From: Nitrospirota bacterium
GTDB lineage: Bacteria > Nitrospirota > UBA9217
Direction: 5' to 3'
Assembly (NCBI GenBank): GCA_963737155.1
Contig: CAVTRN010000002.1
Location: forward strand, 704,001-768,000
DNA length: 64,000 nt
The notes under the pieces are model-generated. The model worked only from the letters and a program-made list of their open reading frames with translations, did not search any database and was not told where the DNA came from. A program made the translations under genes and the position numbers. Shown here one piece after another: positions 29,528-41,268 of the stretch; positions within the stretch are counted from its first letter, which is position 1, and each line of letters begins with the position of its first letter.

Positions 29528-29998
29528 TCAAAACCGCAAGGTTGCTTTGAACCGCTTCGGATTCAGCAATAAGTCGAGCCCTTCAACCGCGCTCCGGACG
29601 TGAATGTCCGCAGCCAGGATCGCATCAACGGCGCATCCTTCCCCCTCTGACACCGCAATGCCGATCCGTGCGACCTTGAGCATCTTACGGTCGTTGTTTC
29701 CGTTGCCAAAAGCGACGACGTTCTCCGCACCGAGTTTCGTTACATACTCTGCCTTCTGCGCGTCCTGGTTATTTCCCGTCAGAATGTGCATTTCGCAGTT
29801 AATACCTTTCAGTTCAGCCTGCGCTTGGCCGAAGGTATCGGCGGTGAGGATATGTATTTTCAGAACCTCCGCCAACTTATTCAGCTGCGTATCCATTTTT
29901 GACAATAGTTGCCCGGTTACGGACAATGTGCCGGTAAAATCCGACACGAGGTGCTTCAGTTGGACCAAGCCGAAGCCAGGAATATCGATCTCAATCAT
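29528..29998 (-). CDS. HAD-family hydrolase (soluble P-type ATPase-like)
   Basis: SDFTGTL, LTADTFG, FGNGNNDRKML. Confidence 0.85.
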   Translation of the reverse strand: MIEIDIPGFGLVQLKHLVSDFTGTLSVTGQLLSKMDTQLNKLAEVLKIHILTADTFGQAQAELKGINCEMHILTGNNQDAQKAEYVTKLGAENVVAFGNGNNDRKMLKVARIGIAVSEGEGCAVDAILAADIHVRSAVEGLDLLLNPKRFKATLRF

Positions 29999-30016
29999 GC
30001 CTACTTCCTTTCTCGA

Positions 30017-31528
<1,512 letters not shown>

Positions 31529-31830
31529 TCAGGCACTACATCACCCGGCTGCATTCACCAAGACAATCCTTGAATCCCGTGAGAAAAGAATCACATCAAG
31601 GTCAGCAGGTCGGTAAACGTCAGGACCGCCTTCACGTTCTGCCTTTCGGTTTACAACACTCAATTATATACGTGGATAACGGGTATTGAGCAATTCAACC
31701 TATATTCCCGCTTTACCGTGACCAACATATTATCTTGCTGTGATGATTTTGTGACCATCGCAAAGTATACTTTAATTAAACATATGGGAGAGACTGCGTA
31801 TAAATCATATATGTGGTCAGGAGGTTGGAC

Positions 31831-32178
31831 ATGAAGCCAAGATTTATCAGGCCGGTTGTGGTGATGTTTACCCTTGCACTAACAGCAATGCTGGCGTATG
31901 CAGGCGGATTGGCCAGCAAAGCCTTTTCGTCTCTTTTTTCTGAATACGGAACTGCCGTTGCACAAGAGACAGGAACATCAAAGATTGTATTCACCGTCAA
32001 GTGTTATGACGACGGCAAAGCAGCCTTGCAGGGATTGAAAGGCATTCAGAAAATTGAAACAGGATTTCATTACCTTAATGAAACGGATACCGTTTATTAT
32101 GACCCGAAAGTGATTACGGTTGAGGAAATGGAAGTGGCCTTGAAGAATGCCGGAACATACGTGAAAACGGGAAAATAG
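31831..32178 (+). CDS. Exported HMA-like protein with a single Cys
   Basis: GGAGG SD; signal peptide; ALQGLKGIQKIE...VYYDPKVITVEEMEVALKNAG HMA-like pattern. Confidence 0.65.
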   Translation: MKPRFIRPVVVMFTLALTAMLAYAGGLASKAFSSLFSEYGTAVAQETGTSKIVFTVKCYDDGKAALQGLKGIQKIETGFHYLNETDTVYYDPKVITVEEMEVALKNAGTYVKTGK

Positions 32179-32665
32179 TGGAAAGATGCGCTTCGAGGAA
32201 ATCCCGTGACATCTATAGCCGAAGAATTCGGCCGAAAGGACATTTTAACGTCACATAAATTATCAATGTTCCAATTGCCGCAACTGTATTTGCAATTTTA
32301 AGTGGAGATCCCGACCCTGACCTTGATTGAGGGCATCAGGAGTCGCTCATTGCAAAAAATGCACTGATCGGAATAGACGCAAAAAAGGGAAATATAAATG
32401 AAAAGGAAATGCTATAATTATGAAGTGATGCTGCGAATCCAAAGTTTGAAAAATTGTGAGTGGGCCTTAAGCTTCCTCCGGTCATTCTGCTGGATATCCC
32501 GTTGCGCCGTACTATCCTGATTATTGAAGGACTTCCACGATGCGGTGGAGCGGGAGTAATTTGTGACTGTTTCGGGGAAATAATATAAATGCGTTGAATA
32601 TTATTTCAATCTATCTGGCTTGTGTTATATAAATCTGCGGGAATTGTAAAGCTGCGAGCATCGGA

Positions 32666-33622
32666 ATGAAGACATTCAAGGAAACAATCAGCGAGACTTC
32701 TTTACAATCGTTTATGGCACTTGATCTCAAGGTCCTTCAGGCGAATGTGGGATACCGGTGCAATCTTGCATGTAAACACTGCCACGTTTCTGGCGGTCCG
32801 GTCCGACAAGAAGTCATGAACGAAAAGATTGCGAGGCAAGTGATACGTGTTGTAACGGACAATCCTTTTGATATGCTTGATATCACTGGCGGGGCTCCGG
32901 AAATGAACCCCTCGCTGAAGACCATCGTTCGAGAAACGAGAAGGGCTGGAAAGCGCGTGACTGTTCGTACCAACCTCACCATCTTTTTCGAGCACGGCTT
33001 TGAGGCCTTTCCGGAATGGTACCGCGATCAGGGTGTTGATTTGATCGCATCGCTCCCCTATTATCTGGAGGACGGCGTCGATCGGGTGCGAGGGAATGGT
33101 ACTTACAAAAAAAGCATAGAAGCATTAAAGATCCTGAATGGTCTGGGCTACGGAATTGATTCGACAGGTCCTTCATTGAGCCTCGTATACAACCCGCAGG
33201 GGATGTTCCTGGCGCCCTCCCAATGTTCGCTCGAAATGGAATATCGTCGCGAACTCAAGGACCGCTTCGGCATCTCTTTCACCCGTTTGTATACATTCAC
33301 AAATATGCCGCTTGGAAGGTTTCGCGAACATCTCGTGCGGACGGGGAACCTTGATAAATACATGGACAAACTCGCATGTGCATTCAACCCCGCAACGCTG
33401 GACGGCATAATGTGTCGGCATATCATAAGCGTTGGATGGGATGGAGCACTTCACGATTGTGATTTCAACCTGGTGCTTGGGCTTCCCACCGCAGCCGGCG
33501 TTCCCCAGCATATCGACGATTTCGACTATACTGTTTTGGTGAACCGATTGGTGTCGGTGGGTGACCACTGCTATGGATGCACAGCTGGACAGGGCTCCTC
33601 ATGAGTGGGAGCAGTCGCTTAG
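32666..33622 (+). CDS. arsS: Radical SAM (seleno)protein ArsS with C-terminal Sec (GSSU-VGAVA)
   Basis: CNLACKHCH, DITGGAPEMN, ASLPYY, MCR, DCDFN, HCYGCTAGQGSS-TGA; hairpin 16 nt after the TGA. Confidence 0.88.
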
Positions 33623-33638
33623 CAGGCGGTCGCCTGCT
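33621..33638 (+). promoter_or_regulatory. Putative SECIS hairpin for arsS
   Basis: AGCAGGC-GGTC-GCCTGCT, 16 nt after the TGA at 33602-33604. Confidence 0.7.
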
Positions 33639-33727
33639 CGGGAAACCAGTAAAGGGGAAATCACCGATATCGACCGCCCGGGTTCGTACGGCAAAACAAG
33701 AGCGGCTTTCAACACGCACGAGGCAAC

Positions 33728-34732
33728 ATGAAAAGGACGACACGTCCAACCTTGATTCTTGCCGGGGACATTGGCGGCACAAATACGCGGCTGGGATTAT
33801 TCCGTGTATCAGAGACTGTCAGCCGTCTTCTAACCTCCACTACCTATCCTAGTACAGCCTATCGCAGCCTAGAAAACATCATAGCTGAATTCCGTCAGGG
33901 GAGGGAGCGGATATCCGCAGCATGTTTCGGCTTGGCTGGTCCCGTGGTAAACGGCACTGCCGTTGCGACCAACCTTCGCTGGAAGATATCGGAAACAGCC
34001 CTCGGCAGATTCCTTGGCGTGAAAAAAATTTCCCTTATCAATGACCTTGTGGCAAACGCATACGGCATCGAAGTAATGACCAGATACGATTTTACGGTCC
34101 TGAATAAGGGCGGAAGTGCGGTCGGCAACAGAGCACTACTGTCCGCGGGAACCGGCCTCGGCGCTGCGGTCATGTATTGGAACGGCAAACGTTATTTCGT
34201 TTCCCCCTCGGAGGGAGGACACGTTGAGTTCGGCCCGAAAAACAGCCTGGAACTCGGTCTCATCCGGTATCTTCTCGAACGTTACGGACATGTGAGCTAC
34301 GAGCGGGTACTATCCGGCGCAGGACTGGTCAATATATATCAGTTCCTGCGGGACGACGGTAAATTCGGGAAGGAACCTGGCTGGCTGACCTCCCGCTTCG
34401 CTAAAGAAGACCCTGCCAAAGTTATAGCCGAATCGGCCCGGTGTAAAATGAGCAGGCTCTGTGCGGATGCTCTCGATCTTTTCGCTTCCATTTACGGCTC
34501 AGCCGCCGGCAATCTCGCCCTCCAGATCATGGCCACGGGCGGCGTATACATCGGCGGCGGGATTGCCCCGAGAATCATCTGGAAGCTTGAGGATGGAACA
34601 TTTATGAAGGCTTTCAGGGACAAAGGCCGGCTTTCCTCAATTGTCGAACGCATTCCGGTGAAGGTGATCATGAACGACCATGCTGCCCTGTTCGGCGCCG
34701 CCGCACATGCTGTCAATATGTTAAAAAAATAA
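33728..34732 (+). CDS. glk: Glucokinase
   Basis: AGDIGGTNTR, AGPV, LINDL, GTGLG, SEGGH, YIGGGI. Confidence 0.93.
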   Translation: MKRTTRPTLILAGDIGGTNTRLGLFRVSETVSRLLTSTTYPSTAYRSLENIIAEFRQGRERISAACFGLAGPVVNGTAVATNLRWKISETALGRFLGVKKISLINDLVANAYGIEVMTRYDFTVLNKGGSAVGNRALLSAGTGLGAAVMYWNGKRYFVSPSEGGHVEFGPKNSLELGLIRYLLERYGHVSYERVLSGAGLVNIYQFLRDDGKFGKEPGWLTSRFAKEDPAKVIAESARCKMSRLCADALDLFASIYGSAAGNLALQIMATGGVYIGGGIAPRIIWKLEDGTFMKAFRDKGRLSSIVERIPVKVIMNDHAALFGAAAHAVNMLKK

Positions 34733-34743
34733 GAAGAAACCTT

Positions 34744-35181
34744 ATGTCGGAGAAAGTAATAATTCGTCAAAAAAAGAATTATGAAACCAGTTTCATGGCG
34801 CTCAATCCTGACGAGCCAGGATCGGGCATAGCTCGTTCGGTACATAGTATTCATGAGTTGACGCCATATGGCATGGTTCTAGCGGGTCTTGGAACATGTA
34901 CGGCCTTCGTTGTGAATACCTATGCAGAACATCACAACCTCGATGTGAATGCTGTGGAACTCAAATTGGAGTACCGACGGACATTCAAGGATGATTGCGC
35001 GCACTGTGAGGAGATCGACAAATATGAGGACCAGATCCATATGTTTGTAAGTTTCGAGGGAAATCTTACAGCACAAGAGATGGATAAGTTATACAAGATT
35101 TCTCTGCAGTGTCCTGTTCATAAGATGCTGAAAAGCGGAATCCCGGTAAAATCAATGCTCACCCGGCATACTTCGGATTAG
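34744..35181 (+). CDS. OsmC family protein
   Basis: TPYGMVLAGLGTCT ... CPVHKML. Confidence 0.85.
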   Translation: MSEKVIIRQKKNYETSFMALNPDEPGSGIARSVHSIHELTPYGMVLAGLGTCTAFVVNTYAEHHNLDVNAVELKLEYRRTFKDDCAHCEEIDKYEDQIHMFVSFEGNLTAQEMDKLYKISLQCPVHKMLKSGIPVKSMLTRHTSD

Positions 35182-35538
35182 CCATCTTCGGCTCGCGAGG
35201 TCGATTTTATCGGGAGAGGAGCGTATCCCATCGTGGATGCGTATAAGATAAACACTCATTTCGTCGATATTGGAGGTGTCTTTAAAGAGTTTGATGGGCA
35301 GGGCAAACGTTTCCTGAACGATAGGGGAAAGGGGCTACGCATCGACCGCGCTGGGGGAAAAGGTCTAACTGTCGCAGGTATTCAAGCCTGAAGAAGTATT
35401 TTGACGCCTGTCTAGGAGGAGCGATAAAGGTCATCCTCCCAATCTGCCGGAGAAGGGCCGGGAGTTCCTGCAATCAAGGAAATTTGACGAGTAATACCTG
35501 GATTACGACCGGAATGCGAACGTTTTGATAAACGCCCA

Positions 35539-37089
35539 ATGACCGAAAGAGAGGCCTTGCGAATGGAAACCCGGACGCTGGTATTTCCTCAAGACGAGAA
35601 CAACAGGACCCTTATCGAGAACGTCCACCCCGCTGTGTGGAAGAACCCAGAACCCGCACCAATGTATAATCTCGTTGTGATCGGCGCGGGGACAGCGGGA
35701 CTGGTTACTGCTGCGGGGGCAGCGGGTCTTGGTGCAAGGGTTGCGCTTATTGAGCGTAATATGCTAGGGGGCGACTGCCTCAATGTCGGCTGTGTGCCTT
35801 CCAAGGGGATCATCAGGGCAAGCCGCGCCGCCTACGACGTTAGGACAGCGGAAGAGTTTGGTATACGGTTAAGCAAGGAATTTTCCATCGACTTCGGCAA
35901 GGCAATGGAACGAATGCGCCGGATCAGAGCCGGGATCAGTTCCCATGATTCGGCGGAGCGTTTTAGTAAAGAACTGGGGGTGGACCTTTTCTTCGGCAGT
36001 GCAAAATTTGTCGGTCCGGACATCATCGAGGTTGATGGCAGGCTCCTGAAGTTTAAAAGGTCCGCGCTTTGCTCTGGCGCTCGCGCTGCTGTACCGCTCA
36101 TTCCGGGCATAGAGGAAACCGGCTACCTGACCAATGAAAACATATTCTGGCTTACGGAACTTCCGAAGAGGCTTGCAGTCATCGGCGGAGGTCCTATCGG
36201 CTGTGAGCTTGCCCAGACTTTTGCGCGCATGGGGAGCGAAGTGACGATACTCCAGCGCGGCGGTCATGTTCTCCCGAGAGAGGACGCTGATGCTGCGGAA
36301 ATTGTGCATAAGGCTCTCGCAAGGGACGGCGTCGTACTACGGCTTCAGGCAAAGATTCTCAGTGCCAATAAAAAAGGGAATGACAAAGTCGTCATTGTTG
36401 AAGAGAACGGAAAAACCACGGAGATTCCCGTAGATCAGATTCTCGTGGGTGTGGGGAGGGCTCCGAACGTTGAGGGGCTTGAGCTCGAGAAGGCGGGGAT
36501 AACATATGACCTCCGCGAGGGCGTGAAGGTGAATGAGAGGCTCCAGACCTCGAACCCGCGCGTATATGCGGCCGGCGATATTTGTTTCCCGTATAAATTC
36601 ACGCATATGGCTGACGCCCTTGCCCGCATCCTGATCGCAAACGCCCTGTTCAAGGCAAGACAATCAACATCAGCCCTCGTCGTTCCCTGGTGTACCTACA
36701 CCGACCCCGAGGTGGCCCATGTAGGGATGTATGAACAGGATGCCGCGGACAAGGGTATCAACGTGCTGACCCTTACTGTGCTGCTTTCCGATGTGGACCG
36801 GGCCCTGCTCGACGGAGAAACCGAAGGGTTTGCCCGTGTGCATCTCAAAAAGGGCGGCGATCAAATCCTTGGCGCAACGATTGTGGCTCGCCATGCGGGC
36901 GAGATGATCAATGAATTTTCCCTTGCCATGACTGCGGGTCTGGGCCTTTCGGCAATTGGCAAGACAATCCATCCTTATCCGACCCAGGCGGAGGCAATTA
37001 AGAAGCTTGCCGACGCGTATAATCGGACGCGTCTCACGCCGTTAGTAAAGAAGGTGTTTACAGCTTGGCTTAAATGGCAGCGGTCGTAA
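35539..37089 (+). CDS. MerA-like pyridine nucleotide-disulfide oxidoreductase
   Basis: GAGTAG, GGDCLNVGCVPSK, GGGPIG, HPYPTQAE; lacks NmerA and the C-terminal CC. Confidence 0.88.
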   Translation: MTEREALRMETRTLVFPQDENNRTLIENVHPAVWKNPEPAPMYNLVVIGAGTAGLVTAAGAAGLGARVALIERNMLGGDCLNVGCVPSKGIIRASRAAYDVRTAEEFGIRLSKEFSIDFGKAMERMRRIRAGISSHDSAERFSKELGVDLFFGSAKFVGPDIIEVDGRLLKFKRSALCSGARAAVPLIPGIEETGYLTNENIFWLTELPKRLAVIGGGPIGCELAQTFARMGSEVTILQRGGHVLPREDADAAEIVHKALARDGVVLRLQAKILSANKKGNDKVVIVEENGKTTEIPVDQILVGVGRAPNVEGLELEKAGITYDLREGVKVNERLQTSNPRVYAAGDICFPYKFTHMADALARILIANALFKARQSTSALVVPWCTYTDPEVAHVGMYEQDAADKGINVLTLTVLLSDVDRALLDGETEGFARVHLKKGGDQILGATIVARHAGEMINEFSLAMTAGLGLSAIGKTIHPYPTQAEAIKKLADAYNRTRLTPLVKKVFTAWLKWQRS

Positions 37090-37139
37090 TGCGATGCGCA
37101 TGGGGTCGGGCAGGGAAAGTATCATGGGAAGCGGTGAGC

Positions 37140-37340
37140 TTTAGTTCCGGCACCGTCAAGGCAAAGGTCAGCAAGCAGTCATGGGAAACGCGGGAAGCAG
37201 AGGCGACGCTGCTCAGGGCGGTTCCCTATGGTTGGGTCGACGAGGTGAACAGCGGTCGCGCCGCGGACTGACTCTCATCCGACGAGGCGGGCTATATTAC
37301 TGGAACCACGATTTTTATCGATGGCAGAGGTTCCGGTATA
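37140..37340 (+). pseudogene. C-terminal remnant of a glucose 1-dehydrogenase-like SDR
   Basis: SWETREAEATLLRAVPYGWV...GRAAD*LSSDEAGYITGTTIFIDG resembles the SDR C-terminus (WLASDEAxYVTGxTLFVDGG); no N-terminal Rossmann part. Confidence 0.65.
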
Positions 37341-40004
37341 ATGGAGCAGCAGATGAGCGAGGGGCCTATTACAGCCGAAGACAAGCGGTTGTCAGATAAT
37401 GCCGCTCACAAGGTTTTCTGGAAGAAATGGGGCCCCTACTTGAGCGAACGCCAATGGGGCACGGTGCGCGAGGATTACAGCGAGGACGGGGAAGCTTGGG
37501 ACTATTTCCCTCATGATCATGCGCGCTCTCGCGTTTACCGGTGGGGTGAGGATGGCCTGGCGGGCATCTCCGACATTAACCAGAACCTTTGCTTTGGACT
37601 TGCCCTTTGGAACGGGCGCGATCCCATTCTTAAGGAACGGATATTTGGCCTCTCAAGCAACGAAGGCAACCATGGGGAAGACGTCAAGGAATTGTATTAT
37701 TATCTTGATAATACGCCCACCCATTCCTACATGAAGTACCTGTACAAATATCTCCAGACCGCATTCCCGTACCAGGATCTCATGGAAACGAACAGAAAGC
37801 GGTCCCGCCTTGATCCAGAATACGAGCTGCTGGACACTGATGCATTCACCCGGAATAGGTACTTTGACGTCTTCGTGGAATACGCGAAGGCCGGTCCAGA
37901 GGACGTCCTCATAAAGATCACTGCTCACAATCGGGGAAGAGACCGGGCTGCAATCGTCATCATGCCGACACTATGGTATCGTAACACTTGGGCTTTTGGC
38001 AAGCTGAAAAAAAGGCCGGACATCACTCGGACGGAGAGCTCAAGGGAATGGACGACGCTGGAATGCGATCATGAAGAGATGGGGCAGTATTATCTCTATG
38101 GCGAAACGGGTGATCTGGTACTATTTACCGAGAATGAAACGAACACGGAGCGGCTGTTTCACATACCCAATGCTTCACCCTTCGTAAAGGATGCCTTTCA
38201 CGACGCTGTCATAAGTGGCGATTTCGCAATTTTCAGCGATAGAACGAACGGCACGAAGTGCGCTATCCTGTATCGTTTTAATCTTGCGGGAGGAGAGGTC
38301 GGCATTGTAAAGCTTCGCCTGAGGAAAGAAAAGAGCGAACAGAACCCTTTTGGACAGGAATTCGAAGAGGTCTTGAGGCATCGGATTGACGAGGCGGATG
38401 AGTTTTATGCTCAGTTCGTGCCTGCCGTGCCGGAAAGCGATGTGATCGCGGTGCAGCGTCAGGCTTTCGCGGGATTGCTCTGGAACAAGCAGTACTACAA
38501 CTACGAGCTCGAAACCTGGCTAAACGGAGACCCCGGCCAGTCGCCTCCCCCGGAAGGCAGGAAAAAGGGACGTAATGCTGATTGGAAGTATCTCTTTAAT
38601 CGTGACGTCATCTCCATGCCTGACAAATGGGAGTACCCGTGGTACGCAAGCTGGGATCTTGCGTTTCATTGCGTCCCACTTTCCATGATCGACGCTGATT
38701 TTGCAAAAAAGCAGCTTGTCCTTTTTACGCGGGAATGGTATATGCATCCGAATGGCCAAATTCCTGCTTATGAGTGGAACCTGAGCGACGTAAATCCCCC
38801 TGTGCATGCTTGGGCGGCCTTAAAGGTTTACGAAATCGAGAAATCACGCAGCGGCAAAGGCGATATTGCGTTTCTCAAGCGGATGTTCCTCAAGCTCCTG
38901 CTTAATTTCACATGGTGGGTCAACCGAAAGGACTCGGAGGGGAAGAACATCTTTCAGGGCGGCTTTCTGGGACTCGATAACATCGGCGCTTTTGACCGGA
39001 GCAAGCCGCTCCCCGGCGGGGGGCATATTGAGCAGGCCGACGGTACGAGCTGGATGGCCATGTATGCTCTCGGCCTGATGGACATGTCACTGGAAATCGC
39101 TCATGAAGACCGGGACTATGAGGATATGGCATCCAAATTTTATGAGCACTTTGTCCACATTGCTGAATCGCTGAATCAGTTGGGAGGGCAGGGACTGTGG
39201 GACGAGGAAGACGGTTACTATTACGACGCGTTGCACATGCCTGATGGAAACATTATTCCGCTTAAGGTACGCTCCCTGGTGGGATTAACTTCCCTTTTGG
39301 CGGTGTCGATTGTGCGGAGCGACGTCCTGTCCAAAATGAAAGGGTTTAATAAAAGGATGGTCTGGTTCATGAACAACCGCGAGGACCTGGGCAAATACAT
39401 GGCGATCGAAGATTTCAAGGAGGGACAAGATGTCCTGCTATCCCTCGTACCTAAAAAGCGGTTAGTTAGGATCCTCCGGAGGATGCTTGATGAGAATGAA
39501 TTCCTGTCTCCCGGCGGCATAAGGTCAATTTCCAAGTATCATCAGGACAACCCATATATTCTGCGGCTTGACAGCATGGAGTATCGCGTCGAATACGAAC
39601 CGGCTGAGTCCAAAACGAGTTTATTTGGCGGCAACTCAAACTGGCGCGGCCCAATATGGATTCCGATCAATTATCTCTTTATCGAGGCGCTGGTAAAATA
39701 CCATCATTATTACGGCGATTCACTTCAAGTTGAGTATCCTACTGGCTCCGGGAATAACATGACTCTCATGGATGTTGCTATAAACCTTTCCCGGCGCGTA
39801 ACCGCCGTCTTCATGAAAGATGCGAAAGGCAGACGGCTCGTCAACGGCGATGAAGCAAAATATCAAGAAGATCCACACTTTAAAGACCTTGTCCAGTTCT
39901 ATGAGTATTACCACGGGGATACGTGCAAAGGTCTTGGCGCAAGCCACCAGACGGGCTGGACGGCGCTCGTTGCGGAGATGATCCAGTGGTGCTGGTGCGA
40001 CTAG
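37341..40004 (+). CDS. MGH1-like / GH63-related glucosidase
   Basis: WGPYLSERQWGTVREDYS, SMPDKWEYPW, GFLGLDNI, GNSNWRGPIW, GLGASHQTGWT. Confidence 0.9.
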   Translation: MEQQMSEGPITAEDKRLSDNAAHKVFWKKWGPYLSERQWGTVREDYSEDGEAWDYFPHDHARSRVYRWGEDGLAGISDINQNLCFGLALWNGRDPILKERIFGLSSNEGNHGEDVKELYYYLDNTPTHSYMKYLYKYLQTAFPYQDLMETNRKRSRLDPEYELLDTDAFTRNRYFDVFVEYAKAGPEDVLIKITAHNRGRDRAAIVIMPTLWYRNTWAFGKLKKRPDITRTESSREWTTLECDHEEMGQYYLYGETGDLVLFTENETNTERLFHIPNASPFVKDAFHDAVISGDFAIFSDRTNGTKCAILYRFNLAGGEVGIVKLRLRKEKSEQNPFGQEFEEVLRHRIDEADEFYAQFVPAVPESDVIAVQRQAFAGLLWNKQYYNYELETWLNGDPGQSPPPEGRKKGRNADWKYLFNRDVISMPDKWEYPWYASWDLAFHCVPLSMIDADFAKKQLVLFTREWYMHPNGQIPAYEWNLSDVNPPVHAWAALKVYEIEKSRSGKGDIAFLKRMFLKLLLNFTWWVNRKDSEGKNIFQGGFLGLDNIGAFDRSKPLPGGGHIEQADGTSWMAMYALGLMDMSLEIAHEDRDYEDMASKFYEHFVHIAESLNQLGGQGLWDEEDGYYYDALHMPDGNIIPLKVRSLVGLTSLLAVSIVRSDVLSKMKGFNKRMVWFMNNREDLGKYMAIEDFKEGQDVLLSLVPKKRLVRILRRMLDENEFLSPGGIRSISKYHQDNPYILRLDSMEYRVEYEPAESKTSLFGGNSNWRGPIWIPINYLFIEALVKYHHYYGDSLQVEYPTGSGNNMTLMDVAINLSRRVTAVFMKDAKGRRLVNGDEAKYQEDPHFKDLVQFYEYYHGDTCKGLGASHQTGWTALVAEMIQWCWCD

Positions 40005-40215
40005 CGCGCATAGCCGATGTTGACAGGGCAAAGTGAGTACGGCACCAGCGACAAATACACGATGTATGAATTACATACCCTGACGTGGCTATGCCGGGAT
40101 CGCACGTAGTGCTTGAAGAGATCATGACCATATTACTCAAGTCAAATAGCTGCCATGAAACAGGACGGACGCATACTGCAGCGCTCTTTGGGGCCGTTCG
40201 AGAACAGGAAATGCC

Positions 40216-40896
40216 ATGATGAATAAAAAGATTTGGGTTGCATCAGCAATTGTAATCCTGGGCGTATTGTTCTTTTATTTCGACCTGGGAAAATACCTGA
40301 CCTTGGCGTCGCTCAAGGAAAACCGTGCCGCACTCGTTGTATTCTACGAGAGCCACCAGGTTGTCATGGTCTCAGGGTTCATTACCGCCTATATCATTCA
40401 GACAGCCCTGTCTCTGCCGGGCGCGGCCGTGTTCTCGCTCGCGGCAGGGGCCGTGTTCGGCGCTGTCATGGGGACCGTGTATGTCAACATTGGCGCGACA
40501 GTCGGAGCCTCCTTGGCATTTCTTGTCGCCCGGTATCTTTTCCGTGATGTGATCCAGAATAAATTCGGACCCCGACTTGAGAAAATTAACACCGAACTCG
40601 AGACGAGGGGGTTCAACTACCTGCTTTTCTTAAGGTTGGTTCCGGTCTTTCCCTTCTTTCTCATCAACCTTGGCGCGGGCTTGACCAGAATGCCCTTGCG
40701 AACGTTTTTTTTGGGTACCATGGTGGGAATCATTCCGGGCAGTTTCGTATATTGCAACGCCGGAGCCAGCCTGGCCGCAATCAACAGCATGAGAGAGGTC
40801 GCTTCGCCCCGGGTGCTTGGGTCCTTTGCCCTGCTGGGATTATTTGCGATTGTGCCTATACTTTATCAGAAAAGTAGAAAAAAGAAGCAAATATGA
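40216..40896 (+). CDS. TVP38/TMEM64 (DedA/SNARE-associated) membrane protein
   Basis: ALSLPGA, GATVGASLAFLVARY, FLRLVPVFPFFLIN. Confidence 0.92.
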   Translation: MMNKKIWVASAIVILGVLFFYFDLGKYLTLASLKENRAALVVFYESHQVVMVSGFITAYIIQTALSLPGAAVFSLAAGAVFGAVMGTVYVNIGATVGASLAFLVARYLFRDVIQNKFGPRLEKINTELETRGFNYLLFLRLVPVFPFFLINLGAGLTRMPLRTFFLGTMVGIIPGSFVYCNAGASLAAINSMREVASPRVLGSFALLGLFAIVPILYQKSRKKKQI

Positions 40897-41107
40897 AAGA
40901 ACTTCATATTTAATGATAAATTTGAGGAGGAATATTTTGGACTAATGTCCGCGCATTCCCCCTGCTAGTCGCGAAGCGCCAGGAAGAAGGCAAGCGGGCA
41001 GATGTGGATTTTGCCGAGTTTTTCTTTATTGCCTTAGCTGTTCTGAAACAAGCAATAAGTATGTGCGTACCGCAGTCCTTGTTTCGGAGCATCCCTTATA
41101 CCTCTTC

Positions 41108-41159
41108 TTGACACACCGCAGAATGGTGATAGAATTATGAGTATTCATCATTCATAATT
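41108..41159 (+). promoter_or_regulatory. Sigma70-like promoter with overlapping palindrome upstream of sbtA
   Basis: TTGACA-16 nt-TAGAAT; AATTATGA-N11-TCATAATT inverted repeat at 41133-41159. Confidence 0.5.
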
Positions 41160-41268
41160 AAGGCAAATGCAGATGGTTCCGTCCACAGCTTTATTCTGTG
41201 CGTTATGGTCAGGATTCGATTAGTTTTCTCCCTGTGCAAAGCGTGAATAAATGGGAAGGAGGTGAATC

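Noticed and set aside
35298-35385. c-di-GMP-I riboswitch-like GGGCAAAC...GGTCTAA
   Set aside because: Stems and the GACGCAAAG junction do not form.
35539-37089. Mercury-resistance merA
   Set aside because: No C-terminal Cys pair, no NmerA domain, no mer operon.
37269-37271. In-frame TGA upstream of the glucosidase as a Sec codon
   Set aside because: It aligns to a Trp position of SDR enzymes, so a TGG-to-TGA nonsense change in a remnant is more likely.
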